From NCBI GenBank assembly GCA_964016885.1, contig OZ024760.1, positions 7,998,001-8,062,000 of the forward strand: 64,000 bases of DNA, written 5' to 3'. The position numbers were made by a program, and so were the translations under genes. Shown here piece by piece: positions 12,897 to 25,849 of this stretch (its first letter is position 1; the number at the start of each line of letters is the position of its first letter). The stretch comes from Eledone cirrhosa. Lineage: Eukaryota. A model generated the notes under the pieces. It had not been told where the DNA came from. It ran no database searches and saw only the letters and a program-made list of their open reading frames with translations.

Positions 12897-13362
12897 TATA
12901 TGAAAGAGTCATTTCTCAATCTTGGCGCAAAACCAATTTTTTATTCACATGACCTCTACCGACCAATCAAAATTGTTTTGACCACAAGAATTTTTGCAAC
13001 ACCAAAGTAACGCTGGAGCCACTTTTTTAACATAAAAACAGGTAGAATTCCCAAAACTAATCAGATCAGAGCAAACAGCACGGACACTCTATCTCAAAAT
13101 TATTTTTGAAAAGCATTTAGAAATGCGCAACCGGTAAAAACTTAAAAACTTAAAACCACAACTGAATACTAACCCATACAATCACTAATACTCTTTTATT
13201 CCTAATTAAACCATTTTTCAACTGTGAACAATTTGTCAGCATTTTCTATTCCGTTTACCAATATATAATAACTTGTGTGTTACACCTCTATTCTTTTAAC
13301 TATATATATATACTTTCTCTTTGTTGATTCCATTTGTAATGGTTAAGTAATCTGTTCTTTAG

Positions 13363-13533
13363 TATAGCTGAAGCAGACATACGAGAAACCTGTTATTGTA
13401 TTGGTATCCGCCATGGTACCAAGGAAGATTGGTACTTTGTCTATCAACAGTTCCAACGGGTTATTGATGCCAAGGAGAAGAAACGGTTACTCAGCGCATT
13501 GTCTTGTACCAAACAACTTTGGCTGCTGGAGAG
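13363..13533 (+). CDS. M1 aminopeptidase exon
   Basis: ctttag acceptor; IAEADIRETCYCIGIRHGTKEDWYFVYQQFQRVIDAKEKKRLLSALSCTKQLWLLER; gtaagt donor. Confidence 0.92.
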
Positions 13534-13537
13534 GTAA

Positions 13538-15674
13538 GTACCACGTCCTATTGTACCTTGTGTCAGGGAGTGCCACATCTCCACGTACCTTGTGTTAGGG
13601 AGTACCACGTCCTATTGTACCTTGTGTCAGGGAGTGCCACATCTCCACGTACCTTGTGTTGGGGAGTACCACGTCCTATTGTACCTTGGGTCAGGGAGTG
13701 CCACATCTCCACGTACCTTGTGTTGGGGAGTACCACGTCCTATTGTACCTTGTGTCAGGGAGTGCCACATCTCCACGTACCTTGTGTTGGGGAGTACCAC
13801 GTCCTATTGTACCTTGTGTCAGGGAGTGCCACATCTCCACGTACCTTGTGTTGGGGAGTACCACGTCCTATTGTACCTTGTGTCAGGGAGTGCCACATCT
13901 CCACGTACCTTGTGTTGGGGAGTACCACATCCTATTGTACCTTGTGTCAGGGAGTGCCACATCTCCACGTACCTTGTGTTGGGGAGTACCACGTCCTATT
14001 GTACCTTGTGTCAGGGAGTGCCACATCTCCACGTACCTTGTATTGAGGAGTACCACGTCCTATTGTACCTTGTGTCAGGGAGTGCCACATCTCCACGTAC
14101 CTTGTGTTGGGGAGTACCACGTCCTATTGTACCTTGTGTCAGGGAGTGCCACATCTCCACGTACCTTGTGTTGGGGAGTACCACGTCCTATTGTACCTTG
14201 TGTCAGGGAGTGCCACATCTCCACGTACCTTGTGTTGGGGAGTACCACGTCCTATTGTACCTTGTGTCAGGGAGTGCCACATCTCCACGTACCTTGTGTT
14301 GGGGAGTACCACGTCCTATTGTACCTTGTGTCAGGGAGTGCCACATCTCCACGTACCTTGTATTGAGGAGTACCACGTCCTATTGTACCTTGTGTCAGGG
14401 AGTGCCACATCTCCACGTACCTTGTGTTGGGGAGTACCACGTCCTATTGTACCTTGTGTCAGGGAGTGCCACATCTCCACGTACCTTGTGTTGGGGAGTA
14501 CCACGTCCTATTGTACCTTGTGTCAGGGAGTGCCACATCTCCACGTACCTTGTATTGAGGAGTACCACGTCCTATTGTACCTTGTGTCAGGGAGTGCCAC
14601 ATCTCCACGTACCTTGTGTTGGGGAGTACCACGTCCTATTGTACCTTGTGTCAGGGAGTGCCACATCACCACGTACCTTGTGTTGGGGAGTACCACGTCC
14701 TATTGTACCTTGTGTCAGGGAGTGCCACATCTCCACGTACCTTGTATTGAGGAGTACCACGTCCTATTGTACCTTGTGTCAGGGAGTGCCACATCTCCAC
14801 GTACCTTGTATTGAGGAGTACCACGTCCTATTGTACCTTGTGTCAGGGAGTGCCACATCTCCACGTACCTTGTGTTGGGGAGTACCACGTCCTATTGTAC
14901 CTTGTGTCAGGGAGTGCCACATCACCACGTACCTTGTGTTGGGGAGTACCACGTCCTATTGTACCTTGTGTCAGGGAGTGCCACATCTCCACGTACCTTG
15001 TGTTGGGGAGTACCACGTCCTATTGTACCTTGGGTCAGGGAGTGCCACATCTCCACGTACCTTGTGTTGGGGAGTACCACGTCCTATTGTACCTTGGGTC
15101 AGGGAGTGCCACATCTCCACGTACCTTGTGTTGGGGAGTACCACGTCCTATTGTACCTTGGGTCAGGGAGTGCCACATCTCCACGTACCTTGTGTTGGGG
15201 AGTACCACGTCCTATTGTACCTTGGGTCAGGGAGTGCCACATCTCCACGTACCTTGTGTTGGGGAGTACCACGTCCTATTGTACCTTGGGTCAGGGAGTG
15301 CCACATCTCCACGTACCTTGTGTTGGGGAGTACCACGTCCTATTGTACCTTGGGTCAGGGAGTGCCACATCACCACGTACCTTGTGTTGGGGAGTACCAC
15401 GTCCTATTGTACCTTGTGTCAGGGAGTGCCACATCACCACGTACCTTGTGTTGGGGAGTACCACGCCCTATTGTACCTTGTGTCAGGGAGTGCCACATCA
15501 CCACGTACCTTGTGTTGGGGAGTACCACGTCCTATTGTACCTTGGGTCAGGGAGTGCCACATCTCCACGTACCTTGTGTTGGGGAGTACCACGTCCTATT
15601 GTACCTTGTGTCAGGGAGTGCCACATCACCACGTACCTTGTGTTGGGGAGTACCACGTCCTATTGTACCTTGTG
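13538..15674. repeat. 64-bp minisatellite made of two related 32-bp halves
   Basis: GTACCACGTCCTATTGTACCTTGTGTCAGGGA + GTGCCACATCTCCACGTACCTTGTGTTGGGGA. Confidence 0.97.
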
Positions 15675-15887
15675 CTCACAAATACACACACAGACACACA
15701 CAAAAAATTAAACACACACACACACATACATACAACTATACACATACAAACACACACAGATACAAATACACAGACACACGTGAATGCACACACATACAAA
15801 TACACACACACACACAAATACAAATAAATACACTCAGGCACACACATAAATACACACATGCCATCCATTCATATCCAGTTTTAGTCT

Positions 15888-18010
15888 TTAGGGTGCTGCG
15901 GTTGTCCTACACTCCGAGGTAGGCAGCACCAGGCAATGTCTCACAGCCGCTCTCCATGAATTTCTGTTCATAGTATCGATATCGGTCAAGTTCCATTTAT
16001 ACAAATCACTCTTCACGCACTCCAACCACGTCTTCCTTGGTCTGCCGCGATCTCTAGTGCCAGGGACTGCCAAGTGAGTGATGGAGTTGATGCATGACGT
16101 GACTCGCTGTACATGTCTGTACCAATGGAGATGTTGTGTGTGAAGGACAGCAGTGATCTCATCCACACCCAGCCTCTGGTGGAGCATGGTTCTTCCTTGG
16201 TCTGCCGCAATCTCTAGTGCCAGGGATTGCCAAGTGAGTGTCGCTGTACATGTCTGTACCAATGGAGATGTTGTGTGTGAAGGACAGCAGTGATCTCATC
16301 CACACCCAGCCTCTGGTGGAGCATGGTTCTTCCTTGGTCTGCCGCAATCTCTAGTGCCAGGGATTGCCAAGTGAGTGTCGCTGTACATGTCTGTACCAAT
16401 GGAGATGTTGTGTGTGAAGGACAGCAGTGATCTCATCCACACCCAGCCTCTGGTGGAGCATGGTTCTTCCTTGGTCTGCCGCAATCTCTAGAGCCAGGGA
16501 TTGCCAAGTGAGTGTCGCTGTACATGTCTGTACCAATGGAGATGTTGTGTGTGAAGGACAGCAGTGATCTCATCCACACCCAGCTTCTGGTAGAGCATGG
16601 TTCTTCCTTGGTCTGCCACGATCTCTAGTGCCAGGGATTGCCAAGTGAGTGTCGCTGTACATGTCTGTACCAATGGAGATGTTGTGTGCGAAGGACAGCA
16701 GTGATCTCATCCACACCCAGCCTCTGGTGGAGTATGCTTCTTCCTTGGTCTGCCGCGATCTCTAGTGCCAGGGACTGCCAAGTGAGTGATGGAGTTGATG
16801 CATGACGTGGCTCGCTGTACATGTCTGTACCAATGGAGATGTTGTGTGCGAAGGACAACAGTGATCTCATCCACACCCAGCCTCTGGTGGAGCATGGTTC
16901 TTCCTTGGTCTGCCGCAATCTCTAGTGCCAGGGATTGCGAAGTGAGTGTCGCTGTACATGTCTGTACCAATGGAGATGTTGTGTGTGAAGGACAGCAGTG
17001 ATCTCATCCACACCCAGCCTCTGGTGGAGCATGGTTCTTCCTTGGTCTGCCGCAATCTCTAGTGCCAGGGATTGCGAAGTGAGTGTCGCTGTACATGTCT
17101 GTACCAATGGAGATGTTGTGTGTGAAGGACAGCAGTGATCTCATCCACACCCAGCCTCTGGTGGAGCATGGTTCTTCCTTGGTCTGCCGCAATCTCTAGT
17201 GCCAGGGATTGCCAAGTGAGTGTCGCTGTACATGTCTGTACCAATGGAGATGTTGTGTGTGAAGGACAGCAGTGATCTCATCCACACCCAGCCTCTGGTG
17301 GAGCATGGTTCTTCCTTGGTCTGCCGCAATCTCTAGTGCCAGGGATTGCCAAGTGAGTGTCGCTGTACATGTCTGTACCAATGGAGATGTTGTGTGTGAA
17401 GGACAGCAGTGATCTCATCCACACCCAGCCTCTGGTGGAGCATGGTTCTTCCTTGGTCTGCCGCAATCTCTAGAGCCAGGGATTGCCAAGTGAGTGTCGC
17501 TGTACATGTCTGTACCAATGGAGATGTTGTGTGTGAAGGACAGCAGTGATCTCATCCACACCCAGCTTCTGGTAGAGCATGGTTCTTCCTTGGTCTGCCA
17601 CGATCTCTAGTGCCAGGGATTGCCAAGTGAGTGTCGCTGTACATGTCTGTACCAATGGAGATGTTGTGTGCGAAGGACAGCAGTGATCTCATCCACACCC
17701 AGCCTCTGGTGGAGTATGCTTCTTCCTTGGTCTGCCGCGATCTCTAGTGCCAGGGACTGCCAAGTGAGTGATGGAGTTGATGCATGACGTGGCTCGCTGT
17801 ACATGTCTGTACCAATGGAGATGTTGTGTGCGAAGGACAACAGTGATCTCATCCACATCCAGCCTCTGGTTGAGCACAGTCGAAGGGGTCTCGTCTTTCA
17901 ATTTGGTGCCACAGATCCACCTAATCATGGCACGATCATTTCACCTGAGCTGTTGCAGATCTGAGGCATTCGGAGTCAATGTCTCACCCCCATGTAGCAT
18001 GGCGGAGCGA
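15888..18010 (-). mobile_element. RTE-like LINE 3' fragment with an internal 137-bp tandem amplification
   Basis: MIRWICG..., LHWYRHVQR, RGRPRKTW motifs; 137-bp unit repeated across 16030-17870. Confidence 0.85.
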
Positions 18011-18432
18011 ATACATACAAATAAATACAAACAAACAAACAAACACATACAAACTAATAAACACAGACACAAACATATAATTTAAAAAAAACAAATAAAC
18101 AAACAACCCCAACAACAACAAATTATCAATAATCAATAATGATCACTAATCAATAATTATCACTAATCAATCATTAATTATCAATTATTGATTATCAATT
18201 ATCCATAATTAATTATTAATTATCAATAATTATTAATAATCAATAATTAATTATCAGTAATTAGTTATCAATAATTAATCATCAATTATCAATAATCAAT
18301 AATTATCAATGATTAATAATTATCATTTATCAATAATCAATAATTAATAATCAATAATTAATAATCAATAATTTATAATCAATAATTAGCATTAATCAAT
18401 AGTTAATTATCGATTATTCATACAATTTCCAG

Positions 18433-18573
18433 ATTCCTAAAAATAGCTCTGAAAGGTGTCGACATTCGTTTACAAGATTTCCAAACTGTTGTTAATTCCA
18501 TCAGCATAAATCCGATTGGATCGGGGATTCTTTGGAAATATATCAAGAATGACTGGCAATTAATTAAGGAGCG
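18433..18573 (+). CDS. M1 aminopeptidase exon
   Basis: ttccag acceptor; FLKIALKGVDIRLQDFQTVVNSISINPIGSGILWKYIKNDWQLIKER (IRxQD and NPxG motifs); gtaagt donor. Confidence 0.92.
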
Positions 18574-18843
18574 GTAAGTAACAGACATTTGTCTTTGACA
18601 TTGTCATCATCATCACCAGCATCATCATCATCATCATCATAACAATCATCATCACCAGCATCATCATCGTCATCCTCACAATCATCAAAGTTGACCTCAG
18701 CTGGATTTGAACTCACAACATAGAAAGTCGTGACAAAAGATTTTGCAAAGAATTTTGTGCGATGCTCTACCAATTCTGCCAATCCACCCATCACTATTTA
18801 AAGTCAATATTCTATGCTTGTATATGTTAGACAAATTGTCATA

Positions 18844-19462
18844 TTAACCCTTTAGCATTTAAACTGGCCATATCTGGCCAGAATTCTCTTACCTCTTTCT
18901 GTTCAAATCAGCTGTAACCAGCTGCTCATACTGATGTTAAGGTATTGTTCTCAAAATAAATAATATCAAAATCTCATTGATTCGATATTATGTGTGATAA
19001 TTATGTAAGATAAAGCCTTTACCACAAAAATACAATAGTATATATAGAGTAATGTAAATGTTATGTGAGATTATTATGTGAGATAAAGCCTTTACTACAA
19101 AAATACATATATATATATATATAATGTAAATGTTATGTAAGATATTATGTGAGATAAAGCCTTTACTACAAAAATACAATAGTATATATAGAGTAATGTA
19201 AATGTTATGCAAGATATTATATGAGATAAAGCCTTTACCACAAAAATACAATAGTATATATAGAGTAATGTAAATGTTATGTGTGATTATTATGTGAGAT
19301 AAAGCCTTTACTACAAAAATACAATAGTATATATAGAGTAATGTAAATGTTATGTGAGATATTATGTGAGATAAAGCCTTTACTACAAAAATACAATAGT
19401 ATATATATATATATAATATATATATATATATAGAGAGAGAGAGTAATGTAGATGCTAAAGGA
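18844..19462. mobile_element. Same piggyBac-like MITE family, opposite orientation, with a shorter 72-75 bp array
   Basis: TTAACCCTTTAGCATTTAAACTGGCC start; tandem units across 18990-19410. Confidence 0.7.
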
Positions 19463-19887
19463 GCCATTTGAAAGGAGAACTTTAAGTTATCCTTTCAATA
19501 TGTACTATACATACACCTTTGACGAGTTGTAGTGCACCTGAGCACTTTACACAATAATTTCATTATTATTAAAAACAAATAACGAAACGAAATTAAATTT
19601 TGTTTCGCTTCTAACTCACTTTTGTATGACTGACGCTTAAACAATTAAGTTAAAGTGTACATCTACATATGTATACGGAAGTATTAGTATGCATATAAAT
19701 ACACACATGTATACATATGTACATGTACTGAGTTTTTCACTAGACACTTTACAGTGAGTGTCAGCTAGTCTGTATGTAACCACACAGACGGACCGGGTTT
19801 TAGAGTCATACGAGTTTTCAAGGAAACACATTTCCTCTATTCTCCAGAGAGCCAGACAGGAATATTGGACTAGCCGGAAGATGGGTA

Positions 19888-19932
19888 AATATTGCTGATG
19901 AGATGTAATAACATCGAAACTAGTCCAATATT
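19888..19932 (+). ncRNA. Minimal type I hammerhead ribozyme
   Basis: AATATTG CTGATGA GATGT-AATA-ACATC GAAA CTAG TC CAATATT: 7-bp helix I, intact core, 5-bp helix II, palindromic helix III ACTAGT, GUC site. Confidence 0.9.
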
Positions 19933-20232
19933 CCTGTCTGGCTCTCTGGAGAATAGAGGAAATGTGTTTCCTTGAAAACTCGTATGACTCTAAAACCCGG
20001 TCCGTCTGTGTGGTTACATACAGACTAGCTGACACTCACTGTAAAGTGTCTAGTGAAAAACTCAGTACATGTACATATGTATACATGTGTGTATTTATAT
20101 GCATACTAATACTTCCGTATACATATGTAGATGTACACTTTAACTTAATTGTTCATTATTATTATTATTATTAAATGGCCCCTTTTTTAAAAAAAATAAT
20201 TTATTTTATTTTACTTCTCATTTTTCTTGTAG

Positions 20233-20311
20233 GCTGGGTGGAGTCTTTGCTCTGGGAGGAATAATCACATCAACCACCCGGTCCTTTGTTGATGAATCAC
20301 AGCTACAAGAG
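20233..20311 (+). CDS. M1 aminopeptidase exon
   Basis: cttgtag acceptor; LGGVFALGGIITSTTRSFVDESQLQE; gttagt donor. Confidence 0.88.
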
Positions 20312-20326
20312 GTTAGTATTACAGTT

Positions 20327-21212
20327 GGTGGTGGTGGAGGTGTTGGTGGTGGTAGTGGTGGTGGTGGTGGTGGTGGTGGTGGTGATGGTGGTGTTGAGAG
20401 TGGTGGTGGTGTTGAGAGTGGTGGTGAGAGTGGTGGTAGTGGTGGTGGTGGTGTTGGTGGTGGTGGTGGTGGTGAGAGTGGTGGTGGTGGTGGTGGTGGT
20501 GAGAGTGGTGGTGAGAGTGGTGGTGGTGGTGGTGTTGAGAGTGGTGGTGGTGGTGGTGGTGTTGAGAGTGGTGGTGGTGGCGGTGGTGGTGGTGTTGAGA
20601 GTTGTGGTGAAAGTGGTGGTGGTGGTGTTGAGAGTGGTGGTGGTGGTGGTGTTGAGAGTGGTGGTGAAAGTGGTGGTGGTGGCCACCACCACCACCACTT
20701 TCACCACAACTCTCAACACCACCACCGCCACCACCACCACCACCACTTTCACCACAACTCTCAACACCACCACCGCCACCACCACCACCACGGTGGTGGT
20801 GTTGAGAGTTGTGGTGAAAGTGGTGGTGGTGGCGGTGGTGGTGTTGAGAGTTGTGGTGAAAGTGGTGGTGGTGGTGGTGGTGGTGGTGGTGGTGTTGAGA
20901 GTTGTGGTGAAAGTGGTGGTGGTGGTGGTGGTGTTGAGAGTTGTGGTGAAAGTGGTGGTGGTGGTGTTGAGAGTTGTGGTGAAAGTGGTGGTGGTGGTGG
21001 TGGTGGTGTTGAGAGTTGTGGTGAAAGTGGTGGTGGTGGTGGTGGTGTTGAGAGTTGTGGTGAAAGTGGTGGTGGTGGTGGTGGTGGTGGTGTTGAGAGT
21101 GGTGGTGACAGTGGTGGTGGTGGTGGTGTTGAGAGTGGTGGTGAAAGTGGTGGTGGTGGTGGTGAAAGTGGTGGTGGTGGTGGTGTTGAGAGTGGTGGTG
21201 GTCGTGGTGGTG
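20327..21212. repeat. (GGT)n-derived compound repeat with an internal inversion
   Basis: GGT runs punctuated by GTTGAGAGT and GAAAGT; 20683-20791 is in (ACC)n orientation. Confidence 0.95.
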
Positions 21213-21312
21213 AGCGATCTCTCTCACCTGTAATATCACTGGTGCCACAACTGAGTTCTTTCTCTCTCTCACCTGAACTGATGTTGTTGTTTGTCTCACC
21301 TGTAATTTACAG

Positions 21313-21459
21313 GTAGAGAGCTTCATGGACAATAACCCTGAACTGGAAGATGCTAGACAGTCATTCGACAGCGCCATTGACAGTATACGAACCAGGATGA
21401 AATGGTTAAAAAGGAATTACGAAGTCTTCAAGACATGGCTAGAAGATCAAAACTTGTAA
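21313..21459 (+). CDS. M1 aminopeptidase terminal exon
   Basis: tttacag acceptor; VESFMDNNPELEDARQSFDSAIDSIRTRMKWLKRNYEVFKTWLEDQNL then TAA; typical APN C-terminus. Confidence 0.92.
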   Translation, partial: VESFMDNNPELEDARQSFDSAIDSIRTRMKWLKRNYEVFKTWLEDQNL

Positions 21460-22048
21460 GTTGGAAATCACTTTAGCTTTATCTATTATTACTACTAGAT
21501 GATGGTCACATTGCCTTCTCCCTCTCACACACACTCTCTCTCTCTCTCTTTAGCCCTTTAGCATTTAAACTGGCCATATCCGGCCAGAATTCTCTCACCT
21601 CTTTCTGTTCAAACCAGCTGTAACTGACAGCCCATACTAACGTTAAGGAATTGTTCTCAAAATAAATAACATCAAAATCTCATAGATTTGATAATAGTGT
21701 ATGAGTCATGCACTAATCACTTCCCTGACATTTGTATATTATTCTATGTACTATATATGCACCTTTGATGAGTTGTAGTGCACCTGAGCACTGTACACAA
21801 TAATTTCATCATTATTATTAAATCCGGCAAAGGTCAACTTAGCCTTTCATCTTTCATCTTACGGGGTCGATAAAATAAAGTACCAGTCATGCACTGGGGT
21901 CAATTTAATCAACTTTCCTTTCTCCTGAAATTAGTGGCCTTGGACATAAATCAGAAACCATTACTATCATTAATATTAGATTGGTAGAATCATTATAGTA
22001 TCAGACTAATGCTTAGCAGTATTAGTTCTGGGTCTTAACATTCAGAAT

Positions 22049-24868
22049 TTAACCCTTTAGCATTTACAATACTCTATATATACTATTGTATTTTTGTAGT
22101 AAAGGTTTTATCTCATATAATATCTCACATAACATTTACGTTACTCTATATATACTATTGTATTTTTGTGGTAAAGGCTTTATCGCATATAATATCTTAC
22201 ATAACATTTACATTACTCTATATATACTATTGGATTTTTGTGGTAAAGGCTTTATCTCATATAATATCTCACATAACATTTACATTACTCTATATATACT
22301 ATTGGATTTTTGTGGTAAAGGCTTTATCTCATATAATATCTCACATAACATTTACATTACTCTATATATACTATTGGATTTTTGTGGTAAAGGCTTTATC
22401 TCATATAATATCTCACATAACATTTACATTACTCTATATATACTATTGTATTTTTGTGGTAAAGGCTTTATCTCATATAATATCTCACATAACATTTACA
22501 TTACTCTATATATACTATTGGATTTTTGTGGTAAAGGCTTTATCTCATATAATATCTCACATAACATTTACATTACTCTATATATACTATTGGATTTTTG
22601 TGGTAAAGGCTTTATCTCATATAATATCTCACATAACATTTACATTACTCTATATATACTATTGGATTTTTGTGGTAAAGGCTTTATCTCATATAATATC
22701 TCACATAACATTTACATTACTCTATATATACTATTGTATTTTTGTGGTAAAGGTTTTATCGCATATAATATCTCACATAACATTTACATTACTCTATATA
22801 TACTATTGTATTTTTGTGGTAAAGGCTTTATCGCATATAATATCTCACATAACATTTACATTACTCTATATATACTATTGTATTTTTGTCGTAAAGGCTT
22901 TATCTCATATAATATCTCACATAACATTTACATTACTCTATATATACTATTGTATTTTTGTGGTAAAGGTTTTATCGCATATAATATCTCACATAACATT
23001 TACATTACTCTATATATACTATTGTATTTTTGTAGTAAAGGTTTTATCTCATATAATATCTCACATAACATTTACATTACTCTATATATACTATTGTATT
23101 TTTGTAGTAAAGGTTTTATCTCATATAATATCTCACATAACATTTACATTACTCTATATATACTATTGTATTTTTGTGGTAAAGGCTTTATCGCATATAA
23201 TATCTCACATAACATTTACATTACTCTATATATACTATTGTATTTTTGTGGTAAAGGCTTTATCGCATATAATATCTTACATAACATTTACATTACTCTA
23301 TATATACTATTGTATTTTTGTGGTAAAGGCTTTATCTCATATAATATCTCACATAACATTTACATTACTCTATATATACTATTGGATTTTTGTGGTAAAG
23401 GCTTTATCTCATATAATATCTCACATAACATTTACATTACTCTATATATACTATTGGATTTTTGTGGTAAAGGCTTTATCTCATATAATATCTCACATAA
23501 CATTTACATTACTCTATATATACTATTGGATTTTTGTGGTAAAGGCTTTATCTCATATAATATCTCACATAACATTTACATTACTCTATATATACTATTG
23601 GATTTTTGTGGTAAAGGCTTTATCTCATATAATATCTCACATAACATTTACATTACTCTATATATACTATTGTATTTTTGTGGTAAAGGCTTTATCTCAT
23701 ATAATATCTCACATAACATTTACATTACTCTATATATACTATTGTATTTTTGTGGTAAAGGTTTTATCGCATATAATATCTCACATAACATTTACATTAC
23801 TCTATATATACTATTGTATTTTTGTGGTAAAGGCTTTATCGCATATAATATCTTACATAACATTTACATTACTCTATATATACTATTGTATTTTTGTGGT
23901 AAAGGCTTTATCTCATATAATATCTCACATAACATTTACATTACTCTATATATACTATTGGATTTTTGTGGTAAAGGCTTTATCTCATATAATATCTCAC
24001 ATAACATTTACATTACTCTATATATACTATTGGATTTTTGTGGTAAAGGCTTTATCTCATATAAAATCTCACATAACATTTACATTACTCTATATATACT
24101 ATTGGATTTTTGTGGTAAAGGCTTTATCTCATATAATATCTCACATAACATTTACATTACTCTATATATACTATTGGATTTTTGTGGTAAAGGCTTTATC
24201 TCATATAATATCTCACATAACATTTACATTACTCTATATATACTATTGTATTTTTGTGGTAAAGGCTTTATCTCATATAATATCTCACATAACATTTACA
24301 TTACTCTATATATACTATTGTATTTTTGTGGTAAAGGCTTTACCTCATATAATATCTCACATAACATTTACATTACTCTATATATACTATTGGATTTTTG
24401 TGGTAAAGGCTTTATCTCATATAATATCTCACATAACATTTACATTACTCTATATATACTATTGTATTTTTGTGGTAAAGGCTTCATCTCATATAATATC
24501 TCACATAACATTTACATTACTCTATATATACTATTGTATTTTTGTGGTAAAGGCTTTATCGCATATAATATCTCACATAACATTTACATTACTCTATATA
24601 TACTATTGTATTTTTGTGGTAAAGGCTTTATCGCATATACTATCTCACATAACATTTACATTACTCTATATATACTATTGTATTTTTGTGGTAAAGGCTT
24701 TATCGCATATAATATCTCACATAACATCAAATATACAAGATTTTGATATTATTTATTTTGAGAACAATACCTTAACATTAATATGAACAGCCAGTTATGG
24801 CCAGTTTGAACAGAAAGAGGTGAGAGAATTCTGGCCGAATACAGGTGGTTTAAATGTTTAAGGGTTAA
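22049..24868. mobile_element. piggyBac-like MITE expanded by an internal 72-bp satellite
   Basis: TTAA CCCTTTAGCATTTA ... TAAATGTTTAAGGG TTAA ends; unexpanded copies at about 26853-27067, 42165-42397 and 28061-28244. Confidence 0.75.
22070..24727. repeat. 72-bp satellite, about 37 copies
   Basis: TACTCTATATATACTATTG(G/T)ATTTTTGTGGTAAAGGCTTTATCTCATATAATATCTCACATAACATTTACAT repeated. Confidence 0.97.
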
Positions 24869-25357
24869 ATCCCACTGAGGTCAACTTTGTATCACTGTAT
24901 CTGAGTTCAAATCCTGCTGTGGTCAACTTTGCCCTTTGTTCTTCATATTGTGTTCATCATCATCATTTTACGTCCGCTTTTCCCTGCTTGCAAGGGTGGG
25001 ATGGGTCTTATTCAGCACAGCATCTCTCCACTCGTCACGGTCCCTCGTCATCTCCACCGTGAGCTTCAATGATCTGAGGTCTGTTCTCACCACCTCCGCC
25101 CATGTTTTTCGTGGTCTACCTCTACCACGTCTTCCTTCAACTGTGTTCTGAATTCAAAACTCACCAAGGCCAAATTTGTCCTTTATCCTTCACCTTTGTA
25201 TATAAACACAAAGGAATAAGATATTTAATGTCCCTTTTAATCTATTTCTCTTCTCATTTCATTTCAGAGATTCCTTTAATACTTTAACGTCTCACTGAAT
25301 AACATTGCTGTCATTTTGTAGAGACATGAAGAGAGGAAAGGAGGAGTATATGTAAGT

Positions 25358-25407
<50 letters not shown>

Positions 25408-25457
25408 CTATACATACACACACATATATATATATATATATACACATACATATCTAT

Positions 25458-25490
<33 letters not shown>

Positions 25491-25619
25491 CACACACATA
25501 CATACATATATATACAGACACACATACATACATATATAATCACACACACATACCTATATATATATATATACACATACATATATACACACATATATATATA
25601 TATACACATACACATCTAT

Positions 25620-25650
<31 letters not shown>

Positions 25651-25779
25651 CACACACATACATACATATATATATAGACACACATACATACATATATATA
25701 TAAAGACACACATACATACATATATAATCACACACACATACCTATATATATATATATATACACATACATATCTATACAT

Positions 25780-25810
<31 letters not shown>

Positions 25811-25849
25811 CACATACACATCTATACACACACACATATATATATATAA

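Noticed and set aside
13504-15922. 776-aa and overlapping ORFs
   Set aside because: 64-bp intronic minisatellite read in rotating frames
22086-24786. 886-aa and 872-aa ORFs
   Set aside because: Pure translation of a 72-bp satellite inside a MITE; overlapping frames are open only because the unit lacks stops
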